NCBI GenBank assembly: GCA_002011035.2
Contig: MTLY02000003.1
Coordinates: forward strand, 608,001-672,000
DNA: 64,000 nt
From: Candidatus Hecatella orcuttiae
Lineage (GTDB): Archaea; Thermoproteota; Bathyarchaeia; Hecatellales; Hecatellaceae
Direction of reading: 5' to 3'
This document shows positions 1-8,434 of this stretch, piece after piece (the first letter of the stretch is position 1; every line of letters begins with the position of its first letter). The translations under genes were made by a program, and so were the position numbers. The notes under the pieces are model-generated. The model had not been told where the DNA came from and made no database searches. It saw only the letters and a list, made by a program, of their open reading frames with translations.

Positions 1-429
1 TGAAAGGGCCTCTAGGTTTGTGAGTTCCAATGCTTCTTTGGGGCAAGCCTTAATGCAGGCAGGATCTCCACCGCAGAGGTCGCAGACAACTACAACTTTT
101 CTATCAGGATGTAAGGTTAACGCTCCGATGTCGCAAGCGTCGATGCATAGGCCGCAGCCTGTGCACTTTTCATCGTCAACGATTATTATACCTGTCGAAG
201 GATCTTTGGTTAAAGCTTCCAGGGGGCAGCTTTCGACGCAAGGCGGGTTTTCACATAGTTTACATGCTAAAGCCATATTGCCGACAGCTTCAGCTTCAAC
301 AATACGAACTGTCTTTATCCGACTCAGCAGAGGGTTGAACTTTCCCTCCTTCACAGCTGAGCATATCAGTTCGCAGATACGGCAGCCTGTACATTTCTCA
401 GGACTCGCTACTACATAGCTACGTTCCAT
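1..429 (-). CDS. 4Fe-4S dicluster (DmsB-like) electron-transfer subunit of the AOR; 3' end runs off the window
   Basis: Not in the ORF track. Read manually from ATG at 429: MERSYVVASPEKCTGCRICELICS...ACKLCENPPCVESCP...EKCTGCGLCIDACD...VCDLCGGDPACIKACP, giving four Cys clusters. Starts immediately after the AOR stop. Confidence 0.88.
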   Translation of the reverse strand, partial: MERSYVVASPEKCTGCRICELICSAVKEGKFNPLLSRIKTVRIVEAEAVGNMALACKLCENPPCVESCPLEALTKDPSTGIIIVDDEKCTGCGLCIDACDIGALTLHPDRKVVVVCDLCGGDPACIKACPKEALELTNLEALS

Positions 430-2268
430 CTAGTTCCCTCCATACGTCACCATATCAAGCCCTAATTTGGCGAGTTTTTCCTTCGGAGGTATACCCTCCG
501 CACTCCAGCCGCGAGCTTTAAAGTAGGCTTCCAAAAGGAGGCTTCGCTCCTCCTCGGTAAATCTGATCCCCTTCAACGGACCGTTACCTATGGGTTCTTT
601 GAAGATTCGAGCGGGATAGGTTTCATCTTTCAGGGTCCACCCTTCTCTGATGTTGTAACTTTTTTCAAGTGTGTAGATTCTTTCCCCGGCTAAGCTCAGT
701 TCTTCAACACTCAGAAATAACCCGGTTGCCAACCGGTAGAGTTCAGCTATCTGCTCATAGCCTGTAATCACTTTTCTCGTAAACTTGCAGAGGATCAAGG
801 AATCGATGACAGCCCAAAGGTTTTCCCTGTCAGCCACTAACCTGCCATAGGCTGGATCCGCCTTAGTCCCTTCGACCTTACCTGCCAAGTCAAAGTCGTA
901 GGCGCTGGCGGTCATATGGTGGCCGCCGCGAGTTGAGGTCATAAATGCAAGAGCACAAACCTTCAGACCTCTTACCTCGTAGTCTGGTAACTCCAATCCC
1001 TTACTGTGCATGGCGAAATGCTGGGAGTCCTTCCCAAGCTTTTCAGAGGCTCTTTTCACACCTTCAGCCAAGAGGTCTCCTATGCCCTTGCGGTAGGCTA
1101 TCTTTCTGATAATTTCCAAAACGGCCTCCCCGTTTCCGAATTTGAGCTCAAGACCGCCTGTGTCTTCCCGGGTCAGCAAGCCTTTTTGGTAACATTCCAT
1201 AGCCCAGCCTATGGTAACTCCGACGCTTATGGTATCAACACCGTATCGGTCAGAAAACTCTGTAGCCTTGACCATCAACTGATAGTTACCTACTCCTGTG
1301 GAGAGGCCTAACCCGTAGAGGCTTTCCTGCTCGACGCTGGCTGTAGTCCCTTTATAAGGTCCGTTCTTCAGAACGGTTACGGGATCGCAGGCTATGGGGC
1401 AACCTTGACATGCTATCATCTTCGGGTGATAACGTTCTTTCGTGGTTTCTCCGGTAAACTCTTCATGAAGCACATGGTCGCTGGACTGCTGCCAGTTTCT
1501 CGTCGGCGAGATGCCCATTTCGCTAAGGGAAATCATTCCTCCGGGAGTGCCGTATAGCCTGTAGTATTTCGTGGCATCACCTTGGCAATCCTTGTAGAGT
1601 CTATTGCAATACTCAACCAATTCATCTATTTTCGCCACCTCTAAAGACTTGGAGCCGCGAACTGCCAGGGCTTTGAGTTTTTTAGACCCCATCACAGCAC
1701 CCATCCCTGTTCTGCCTGCTTGTCTACTCTTGTCGCTGGTTATACAGGCATATCTGACTAGGTTTTCCCCCGCGGGGCCTATTGCCGCAACGCTGATGTC
1801 CCTGTCGCCTATTGTCTCCTTTATCATGTCTTCCGTTTCCCATGAATCCCTCCCCCATAGGTCCTTCGCATCTTTAAACTGCACCGAGTCGTCGTCGATG
1901 AAGAGGTAGGTTGGCTGGGCGGCCTTTCCGGTTATCACCACAGCGTCATATCCAGCCCATTTGAGCGTCGGACCCCAAGAGCCTGAACATACGCTTTCCC
2001 CCATGAGAAAGGTGAGGGGAGACTTGGCGTGAACTATATACTTGCCTGCGGAAGGAATGCAGGTTCCAGCAAAGGGTCCTGTGGCAAAGATTAAAACATT
2101 GGCTGGGTCGAAGGGTTCCACCCTAGGCGGAGCGTTTTTGCACAGATAGTATATGCCGAAACCGTTTCCGCCTATGTATTTCCTGCAAAATTCTTCCTGC
2201 AGTGTTTCCGATTCGATTCTCTGACGGGTTAGGTCAACATGTAAGACCTTGTTTCTATAGCTGTACAC
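430..2268 (-). CDS. aor: Aldehyde:ferredoxin oxidoreductase (AOR/WOR family tungstoenzyme)
   Basis: Motifs KSPLT, IGPAGENLV, AGRTGMGAVMGSKKLKA, CxxCxxxC (CQGCPIAC), DxxGxDTIS, LAEGVKRA; 612 aa; GTG start after a GGAGGGG RBS. Confidence 0.93.
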   Translation of the reverse strand: MYSYRNKVLHVDLTRQRIESETLQEEFCRKYIGGNGFGIYYLCKNAPPRVEPFDPANVLIFATGPFAGTCIPSAGKYIVHAKSPLTFLMGESVCSGSWGPTLKWAGYDAVVITGKAAQPTYLFIDDDSVQFKDAKDLWGRDSWETEDMIKETIGDRDISVAAIGPAGENLVRYACITSDKSRQAGRTGMGAVMGSKKLKALAVRGSKSLEVAKIDELVEYCNRLYKDCQGDATKYYRLYGTPGGMISLSEMGISPTRNWQQSSDHVLHEEFTGETTKERYHPKMIACQGCPIACDPVTVLKNGPYKGTTASVEQESLYGLGLSTGVGNYQLMVKATEFSDRYGVDTISVGVTIGWAMECYQKGLLTREDTGGLELKFGNGEAVLEIIRKIAYRKGIGDLLAEGVKRASEKLGKDSQHFAMHSKGLELPDYEVRGLKVCALAFMTSTRGGHHMTASAYDFDLAGKVEGTKADPAYGRLVADRENLWAVIDSLILCKFTRKVITGYEQIAELYRLATGLFLSVEELSLAGERIYTLEKSYNIREGWTLKDETYPARIFKEPIGNGPLKGIRFTEEERSLLLEAYFKARGWSAEGIPPKEKLAKLGLDMVTYGGN

Positions 2269-2565
2269 AGCGACCCCTCCCTTATTAGAGATAATAACAA
2301 ATTATAGTAGTGTTTAGATTTTTGCCATTTAAGGCTTTAGGGTTTCTGCTAGTGTCTCTGATAGGTTCAGCATCAACTCACGCCTACCCCACCGCTACCA
2401 ACTTACCTTCACTTCAAGCTGAGAAGGCGATGGCTCGCTTAGTCTAGAATCCGCAGTCCCCTCCTTCCTGCGCACCCTAAACCGCCCTAGTTCTGAGGCT
2501 CAAACTGCCAAGCCAAGCCCCAAAAGCAGGACAATACCTCCCCAGCATAGAAAATAAAGAAATTT

Positions 2566-5436
2566 TTAGAATGAGGCTTCAGTGTCCCAAAACATCCTCG
2601 TTCGGAGGTAGGTTCTCTCCGCCTTCAGGATGGCTGCGTAGAATTTCTCCTCCGAGTCATGAGGCTTGCTTAGGATTCTCACCGCGGTAGCGGGGCCTAT
2701 TCCCCGGGCTGAGAGAGCTATCACCGCCTCTTTACCGTAGGTTTGAACTAGGCTGGCGTTTTTCCAAGCGGTATGCCAAAGTTTTTCTTCCTCGCCGCTG
2801 AGCTTTTTCCCCTGCAGTTTCTTCTTCACGGTCTTCAAGGTTTCGCTGTCCTTGGGGTTGAGCACCGCGATGAGGGTTGAGTTGCAGCGGGGGCATCGAA
2901 TGGTGGAAGGTAGGCTGGAGACCCGACGGTGGGCTTCCCAGTCTCCCTTGAAGACGCAGAGCAGTTTAACGGTCTTGGAGCCCAGCCGCTCTTTGAGCAT
3001 TGGTATGATCTCCCCCTTCTCCACCGCCGGCCTCAGGAGGTCATGGGGGGCTATCTTGTCGAGGAGGGGAAGCGCCAAGGGGGAAGGTTCAGGGCGGTGG
3101 AGCGCTGTTTCCACTTCCACTTCTCCACTCCTGATCTTCGCCAAGACTCTCTGAACAGTTTCCAAGTCGATGTCTTCGAGGAAGATTTCCCGAAAGGTCT
3201 CCTTGTAAACTGGGGTCCCCCGCAGTGCTTTCCGAAGGGCTTGCGCCTGTCTTTGGCGGAACTCCGCTTTCTTGGAGATAACTCCGAACCTCTTGGCGTT
3301 GTTCCAAAGCCTCCACTGGAAGAGGGATGTCTGGTCTAGGATGGTCTCCAAGATTTCAGAGGCCTCCTCTGGACGGAGGCTTCTCAACTCCTCCTCCACC
3401 AAAGAAGGGTCCAAAGCATGGGGGGTGATGAAAGCCATCCGGTAAGGGTCTGACTGCACAGCGACGTCGATTCCCAGTTTAGCCGTGAGGAGGCCTGCCA
3501 GAACCCTGCTTAAACCCCGGTTAGCCCTATCACCGAAGCACCCGTGGATGAGAGTGTAATTTTCAAAAGCTTCCACCACCACCCTCCGGTCGTGGGGGAG
3601 GGGGAATTCCTCCTCCACGTGCCTCTGGATAGCCGTAGCCACCTTGACCTTGGAGGCCTCGTCTAGAGGGTACCCGGAAAGCGGCTCAAGGGGATCTCCG
3701 CCGTCAAGAACCTTGGCACCTATCTCTCTTCGCAGCCTTCCCACCTCCAAAGCTACGGTGTAAGGGACAGGGATGACTTCTCCTTCCCAGGCAGGGATGG
3801 CTGCTGGGCTGGCTTCTACAGCTTCCACCTCCACCACCCGCCTCTCCTCGTCGACGTGGAGAACCTGCCACGCGGAGCCGTGGAGAATGAACTGGTTTCC
3901 GGGTTTTCCATGTTTGGCTACGAAGTCTTGGTCTAAGCTTCCTATTTTCCTCCTCGCCGCGTAGTCTACCACCGTAAACCGGGATACCTCGGGGATCATG
4001 GAAAGGTTTTCAAAATAATACTGGTGGGAGGAAGGCGGCTTCACCCTGAGTCTGTCCCCGTGCACGCTCAGCTTCCTCTCCTCCTTCAGCTGGTTTACAG
4101 TTTCCATGAAGGCTTCCGGAGGTAGCTGCCTGTAAGGGTAAGCCTTCCGGACGGTGGAATAGGCTTCTTCTAGGGTTAGGGAGCCCTGATCTAGGGCGAG
4201 ACCCACCAGCTGATGGGCTAGGACGTCTAGGGCCTCCCGGTGGAGCAGAGGCCTCTCCAACTCTTCAGCCAAAGCCTGTTTTAAGATGACGGCGGATTCG
4301 AGGATGTCGTCGGGCCAAGCGGCCAGAACACATCCCTTAGGCCTCCCGGCTACAGCGTGGCCGCTTCGCCCTATTCGTTGAACAAGCTTCACCACTTGCT
4401 TCGGAGACTGGTACTGGACCACCATGTCCACGGTTCCGATGTCTATCCCCAGCTCTAGGGAGGAGGTGCAGACAACCACCTTCAGCGCCCCCTGTTTCAT
4501 CCGACGCTCCGTCTCCACCCTGACTTCCCGAGATAGTGAACCATGGTGGATGCCCAAGGGAAGCTTGGGGGCTAAAGCCTTCAGCTTGGACCCCAAAGAC
4601 TCAGCATGCTCCCGGGTGTTGGTGAAGACCAAAAGGGAGCGATAAGCTTGGGCGAGTTGAAGGATCCTCCTAAGCCTGGCCACCGTGCCCGCGGAGATGA
4701 GCAGCTCAGCGGCAGCCGCCGAGTCCGCCTGGGTTAGGGACGGACTTTCCACCCAAGCCTCCACATCCCTGAAGGCCTCTGCCTTGAGGATTCGAACCTC
4801 TCGCCCCTCTCCTACGAGAAACCGGGCAACCGTTTCAGGCTCCCCGATGGTTGCGGAGAGGCCGATTCTTTGAAAGTCCCGCTGGGTTAGGCTTGAAAGA
4901 CGTTCGAGGGCGAGGGAAAGCTGGACGCCTCGCTTGTCGTCGGCCATTTCGTGGATTTCGTCTACCACAACCCATCTCACCGCGGAGAGATGCCGTCTCA
5001 TCTTCCGCCCGACTAGGATGGCTTGAAGGGTTTCCGGGGTGGTGATCAGCATGTGAGGAGGTTTCTCAGCCTGAAGCTTTCTAGCCGCCTCCGGGGTGTC
5101 TCCATGCCTCAGGCCGATTTTTATCCCCAAGACATCTCCCACTTCTGGGAGTCTTCGGAAAAGGTCCCGGTTGAGGGAGCGGAGTGGAGTCACGTAGAGG
5201 GCGGCGATGCCTCGAAGCTGCGTTTCCTGCCTTAGGCGGTGGAGGCTTTCGAAGATGGGCAGCACGGCCGCCTCGGTTTTACCCATCCCCGTGGGGGCGA
5301 TGAGGAGGACGTTCTCACCTTGGAGGATAGGCTGGAAAGCCAGCTGCTGGATGAGGGTAGGTTTCTCTATTCCCAGCTTTTCCAAGGCCTTGAGGAGAGG
5401 CTGGGAAAGCTGCTGAAAGAAATTCACCCTAGACAT
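2566..5436 (-). CDS. lhr: Lhr-family SF2 helicase (copy 1) with C-terminal Zn-ribbon/HhH-like region
   Basis: APTGMGKT, RHGDT, LITTPETL, DEIH, HHGSLS, SSLELGIDIG, QRIGRSGH, SMIP, IPAWEGE; C-terminal CPRC and ARGIGPATA. Confidence 0.93.
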   Translation of the reverse strand: MSRVNFFQQLSQPLLKALEKLGIEKPTLIQQLAFQPILQGENVLLIAPTGMGKTEAAVLPIFESLHRLRQETQLRGIAALYVTPLRSLNRDLFRRLPEVGDVLGIKIGLRHGDTPEAARKLQAEKPPHMLITTPETLQAILVGRKMRRHLSAVRWVVVDEIHEMADDKRGVQLSLALERLSSLTQRDFQRIGLSATIGEPETVARFLVGEGREVRILKAEAFRDVEAWVESPSLTQADSAAAAELLISAGTVARLRRILQLAQAYRSLLVFTNTREHAESLGSKLKALAPKLPLGIHHGSLSREVRVETERRMKQGALKVVVCTSSLELGIDIGTVDMVVQYQSPKQVVKLVQRIGRSGHAVAGRPKGCVLAAWPDDILESAVILKQALAEELERPLLHREALDVLAHQLVGLALDQGSLTLEEAYSTVRKAYPYRQLPPEAFMETVNQLKEERKLSVHGDRLRVKPPSSHQYYFENLSMIPEVSRFTVVDYAARRKIGSLDQDFVAKHGKPGNQFILHGSAWQVLHVDEERRVVEVEAVEASPAAIPAWEGEVIPVPYTVALEVGRLRREIGAKVLDGGDPLEPLSGYPLDEASKVKVATAIQRHVEEEFPLPHDRRVVVEAFENYTLIHGCFGDRANRGLSRVLAGLLTAKLGIDVAVQSDPYRMAFITPHALDPSLVEEELRSLRPEEASEILETILDQTSLFQWRLWNNAKRFGVISKKAEFRQRQAQALRKALRGTPVYKETFREIFLEDIDLETVQRVLAKIRSGEVEVETALHRPEPSPLALPLLDKIAPHDLLRPAVEKGEIIPMLKERLGSKTVKLLCVFKGDWEAHRRVSSLPSTIRCPRCNSTLIAVLNPKDSETLKTVKKKLQGKKLSGEEEKLWHTAWKNASLVQTYGKEAVIALSARGIGPATAVRILSKPHDSEEKFYAAILKAERTYLRTRMFWDTEASF

Positions 5437-5468
5437 CCGCCCCTAGGATGGCATGGAGCCAACGAGGT

Positions 5469-5855
5469 TTAACCAGCGGTTGCTTTCAACTCTAAGAACA
5501 CTTCACCCTTCCATCTGCGAAGGCTTCTCAGGAAGTCGAATATGTGGTATTTCCTCCGGTAGGCGCTTTGAACCATCCGAATGGTCGCTTCGTCTTCAAC
5601 CAATTCGGCTTGGGCTGAGAATTTTAAGCTGTCTACCTCCGCTTGGACTTGAGGGTGGACTCTCACGTTTTTGTACCATTGAGTTTCTCGGGTGGTACGG
5701 AGGAAAAGCCGGCTGTCTAGGCAGATAAACCATACTCTTACAGGTCTGGGCAGGCCTGTTTTTCTCCCTTTCGTTATCAAGCGGAGGGTGAATTTGGATC
5801 CAGCCCGCTTCAGTCTTTTCCAGATGTCTGAACTTGAAGGCTCCAATCTTAACAT
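5469..5855 (-). CDS. Deazaflavin (F420)-dependent nitroreductase-like split-barrel protein (Ddn/DUF385-like)
   Basis: LITKGRKTGLPR and WYKNVRVHPQV resemble the Ddn-family T-x-GRKTG and W-x-x-N-L motifs. Confidence 0.7.
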   Translation of the reverse strand: MLRLEPSSSDIWKRLKRAGSKFTLRLITKGRKTGLPRPVRVWFICLDSRLFLRTTRETQWYKNVRVHPQVQAEVDSLKFSAQAELVEDEATIRMVQSAYRRKYHIFDFLRSLRRWKGEVFLELKATAG

Positions 5856-5905
5856 CCTACAGCCTCCCAGCCATATATAGGTAGCTGGGCTGCCTCTAAT
5901 CTGGT

Positions 5906-6172
5906 TTAAGGATTCTCCCTCAAAAAACGTCGAAGATATTGGGAGTAAATTTTCAGGTCAGTTTGCTTCAACGTGTCTCTCTGACCTTTACACTCCCTTT
6001 CCAACGCCTCTATCAACTGGGTGAAAGTTTTTACCTTGGAAAGGAGGTCGTTCAAAAGCCCTCGAAGCCATTCCAAATTTTGAAGGTAGGGAGTTACCTC
6101 GCACAGGGCTTCTAAGGCCCTTTGGCTTAGGGAGGTTTTTTGGCCTGACATCATCGCCTTCATCCACTTCAT
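5906..6172 (-). CDS. Small hypothetical helical protein
   Basis: 88-aa ORF filling the gap, co-oriented with the downstream genes; no recognisable motif; start uncertain. Confidence 0.5.
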   Translation of the reverse strand: MKWMKAMMSGQKTSLSQRALEALCEVTPYLQNLEWLRGLLNDLLSKVKTFTQLIEALERECKGQRDTLKQTDLKIYSQYLRRFLRENP

Positions 6173-6433
6173 CGAGCTACTTCGTAACTTCCGAAAAGTC
6201 TTAAGAAGATTAAAGCCAGAGCTATGAGGGAGAGAATGAAGACTACAGTTTTAACGATATCGTAGGTTTGGAAGGCTGACAAGCCCTCTTCTCCTCCAAA
6301 AAAGGGTGAAGCTTTTCGTTAAAAATTTTCTGATCCCCAGAAAACCAAGAGTAAACGGCAAATAGGCTTCTTCAGATGTAAAATTACCTTAACCTTTATC
6401 CGTTTCCACCCTATTTATGGATCGTAGAAAACC

Positions 6434-8332
6434 ATGAATTGGCTCGGCATTCTTTGCGTGGTTCTGCTGGTAGGCGGGTTAGCTTCCACCGCCCCCTCTC
6501 CCTCAGCCTCCGATCTGAAATACTATGCCACCGGCACCATATCCCTGGATAAAGAAGTTTACAGTCCCGAGGACGGAGCAATCTTAACCGTCACAGTCGT
6601 GGACGCTGACAGAAACCTTGACTCAGGCGCCGTCGACGGCTTCACAGGCACCGAAGCCCCAGGGGTTATCATCCAAGTTACTAGGGACGACGTCCCCCTC
6701 GCCGCCTACGACCCGCCTGTAGCCATTACCATGGCTGAAACCGGGAAAAACACCAACACTTTCCAAGGGAGACATACTCTCTCCTCGGAGGTGGAGGATG
6801 GAGACGTCATCGTTGTGATGTACTTGGACTCGGAGGATGTTTCCGGAGACCCTCGAACCATAACCGCCTACGCCTCGGTGAGAGCCCACACCGGGGAGCT
6901 GGTTTTGGATAAAGCCGAATACCGGATGGGTGAAAGTGTGAAGGTAACGGTCACAGACATCGACTTGGACCTAGACCCGCAGGTCAAAGACACCATCGCT
7001 GCGGGGACCGTGGGAGCTGAAGGCGTGGTGGATGTTCGGACATCTACAGACCGCACCGGCATGACCATCAGCCTCACCGAGACCGCTGTGGACTCCGGGG
7101 TTTTTGAAGGAAGCTTCACGCTGGGAACGTTCACCGCCGGTTCCACCATCAAAGCGTCCAAGCATGACACCATAACCGTGAGGTATAACGACGCCCATGA
7201 TGCTTCAGGCAGGTCGGTGGACATCATCGTTAACGCCCAAGTCTTCGCCTCCACAGGCGCCATTCAGCTTGACAAAGACCGCTATTCCGTCAACGCCCAA
7301 GTCACGGTTACGATAACCGACCCCGATGAGAACGAGAATGTCGATGCTGTGGACTGGATACCCAACACCGCCCTAAACATCAGGACCACCAGCATAAGCT
7401 GGCCTCTCAACCCAACCAACGACATCGACGAAACCGGGGTGGACACAGGCGTTTTCGAATACGTCTTCACCCTTAACCAACCTGTGGGAGGCGCCATCCT
7501 GACGGCAAGGGACGGAGACAGCTTGGTTGTCACCTACATCGACCCGGTTGATGCTGAAGGTCGGCAGGATGTGGCCGTTACGGCGGTAGCGGAGATAGGC
7601 CACACCACCGGGACAGTGACCTTTGACAAGTCCTCCTACGAGTTCACCGACGTGGCGAAGATCACGGTGGAAGACCCTGACATGAACACAAACGCCGGGC
7701 TCAGGGAATCCTTCGAAATCGCCGTGTTCTCTGACACAGATCTGGCTGGAATAGCTTTAACCGTCACAGAAACCGGGGTTAACACAGGCGTTTTCGAGGG
7801 GGCTTTCACTTTCACCACGAGAGCGTCTGAAAGCGGCCGGCTGAGTGTTACAGAAGGCGACATCATCACCGCCAAGTATGTGGATGAGACCCCCAAACCT
7901 GAGGATGTGGCGGGATATCAACCTGAAACCTATCCTATTCCACCCATTGTCATAAAGGCCACGGCAAGTCTGGGCGAACCAAGGCCAGCTCTCCCCATCC
8001 TGACTTCCTCTCCTGAGCTGCAAGACGCCCAAGGCAACCCCCTTGTAAAGGGGGCGGTGGGGGTTCAAGTTCTCTTGGTGACGGAGATTTCCAACCTAGC
8101 CTCCACCACCCAGTCGATGCTTTACATCGTTCAAATTAAGGATTCGGTTGGCGCTGTGGTGTACCTAAGCTTCATCAGCGGCAATGTGCCGGGGAAAGGA
8201 AGCTTAACCCTTGGAATTGCTTGGACTCCGGAGGAGGCGGGAAGCTACACCGTGGAAGTCTTCGCTTGGAAAAGTTGGAGCGACCCTACTCCCTTGGCGG
8301 AAACCAAAAGCGTTGAAATCACCGTGGAATAG
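6434..8332 (+). CDS. Secreted acidic S-layer-like protein with four Ig-like repeats and a thaumarchaeal-type C-terminal domain
   Basis: N-terminal signal peptide; four ~120-aa modules (TGxxxLDKxxY...VTVxDxDxN...ETGxxTGVFEG); C-terminal YIVQIKD...WTPEEAGSYTVEVFAW...PTPL domain. Confidence 0.75.
   Translation: MNWLGILCVVLLVGGLASTAPSPSASDLKYYATGTISLDKEVYSPEDGAILTVTVVDADRNLDSGAVDGFTGTEAPGVIIQVTRDDVPLAAYDPPVAITMAETGKNTNTFQGRHTLSSEVEDGDVIVVMYLDSEDVSGDPRTITAYASVRAHTGELVLDKAEYRMGESVKVTVTDIDLDLDPQVKDTIAAGTVGAEGVVDVRTSTDRTGMTISLTETAVDSGVFEGSFTLGTFTAGSTIKASKHDTITVRYNDAHDASGRSVDIIVNAQVFASTGAIQLDKDRYSVNAQVTVTITDPDENENVDAVDWIPNTALNIRTTSISWPLNPTNDIDETGVDTGVFEYVFTLNQPVGGAILTARDGDSLVVTYIDPVDAEGRQDVAVTAVAEIGHTTGTVTFDKSSYEFTDVAKITVEDPDMNTNAGLRESFEIAVFSDTDLAGIALTVTETGVNTGVFEGAFTFTTRASESGRLSVTEGDIITAKYVDETPKPEDVAGYQPETYPIPPIVIKATASLGEPRPALPILTSSPELQDAQGNPLVKGAVGVQVLLVTEISNLASTTQSMLYIVQIKDSVGAVVYLSFISGNVPGKGSLTLGIAWTPEEAGSYTVEVFAWKSWSDPTPLAETKSVEITVE
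6530..7970 (+). repeat. Four degenerate intragenic protein repeats (~360-nt period)
   Basis: Modules start at about 6530 (TGTISLDK), 6890 (TGELVLDK), 7253 (TGAIQLDK) and 7607 (TGTVTFDK); each contains an ETGxxTxxFxG-like motif. End coordinate is approximate. Confidence 0.8.
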
Positions 8333-8363
8333 CCCCCTCGGAGGCTAAATTCCTCCGTGTAAT

Positions 8364-8373
8364 TTTTATATAA
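8364..8373 (+). promoter_or_regulatory. Putative TATA box of the radical SAM gene
   Basis: TTTTATATAA in an AT-rich intergenic gap about 60 nt upstream of ATG 8435. Confidence 0.45.
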
Positions 8374-8434
8374 TAAAAAACTTCTTTAATTGACTTTATT
8401 AGGCGATGAGAGTTCCTTTTATGGGGTTGAAAGT

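Noticed and set aside
20-418. 132-aa plus-strand ORF in the track
   Set aside because: It is the antisense shadow of the Fe-S subunit gene on the minus strand (1-429).
6180-6192. 13-mer CTTCGTAACTTCC repeated at 41957-41969, both upstream of small minus-strand ORFs
   Set aside because: Dozens of 13-mer matches are expected by chance in 64 kb, and the flanks are not convincingly conserved.
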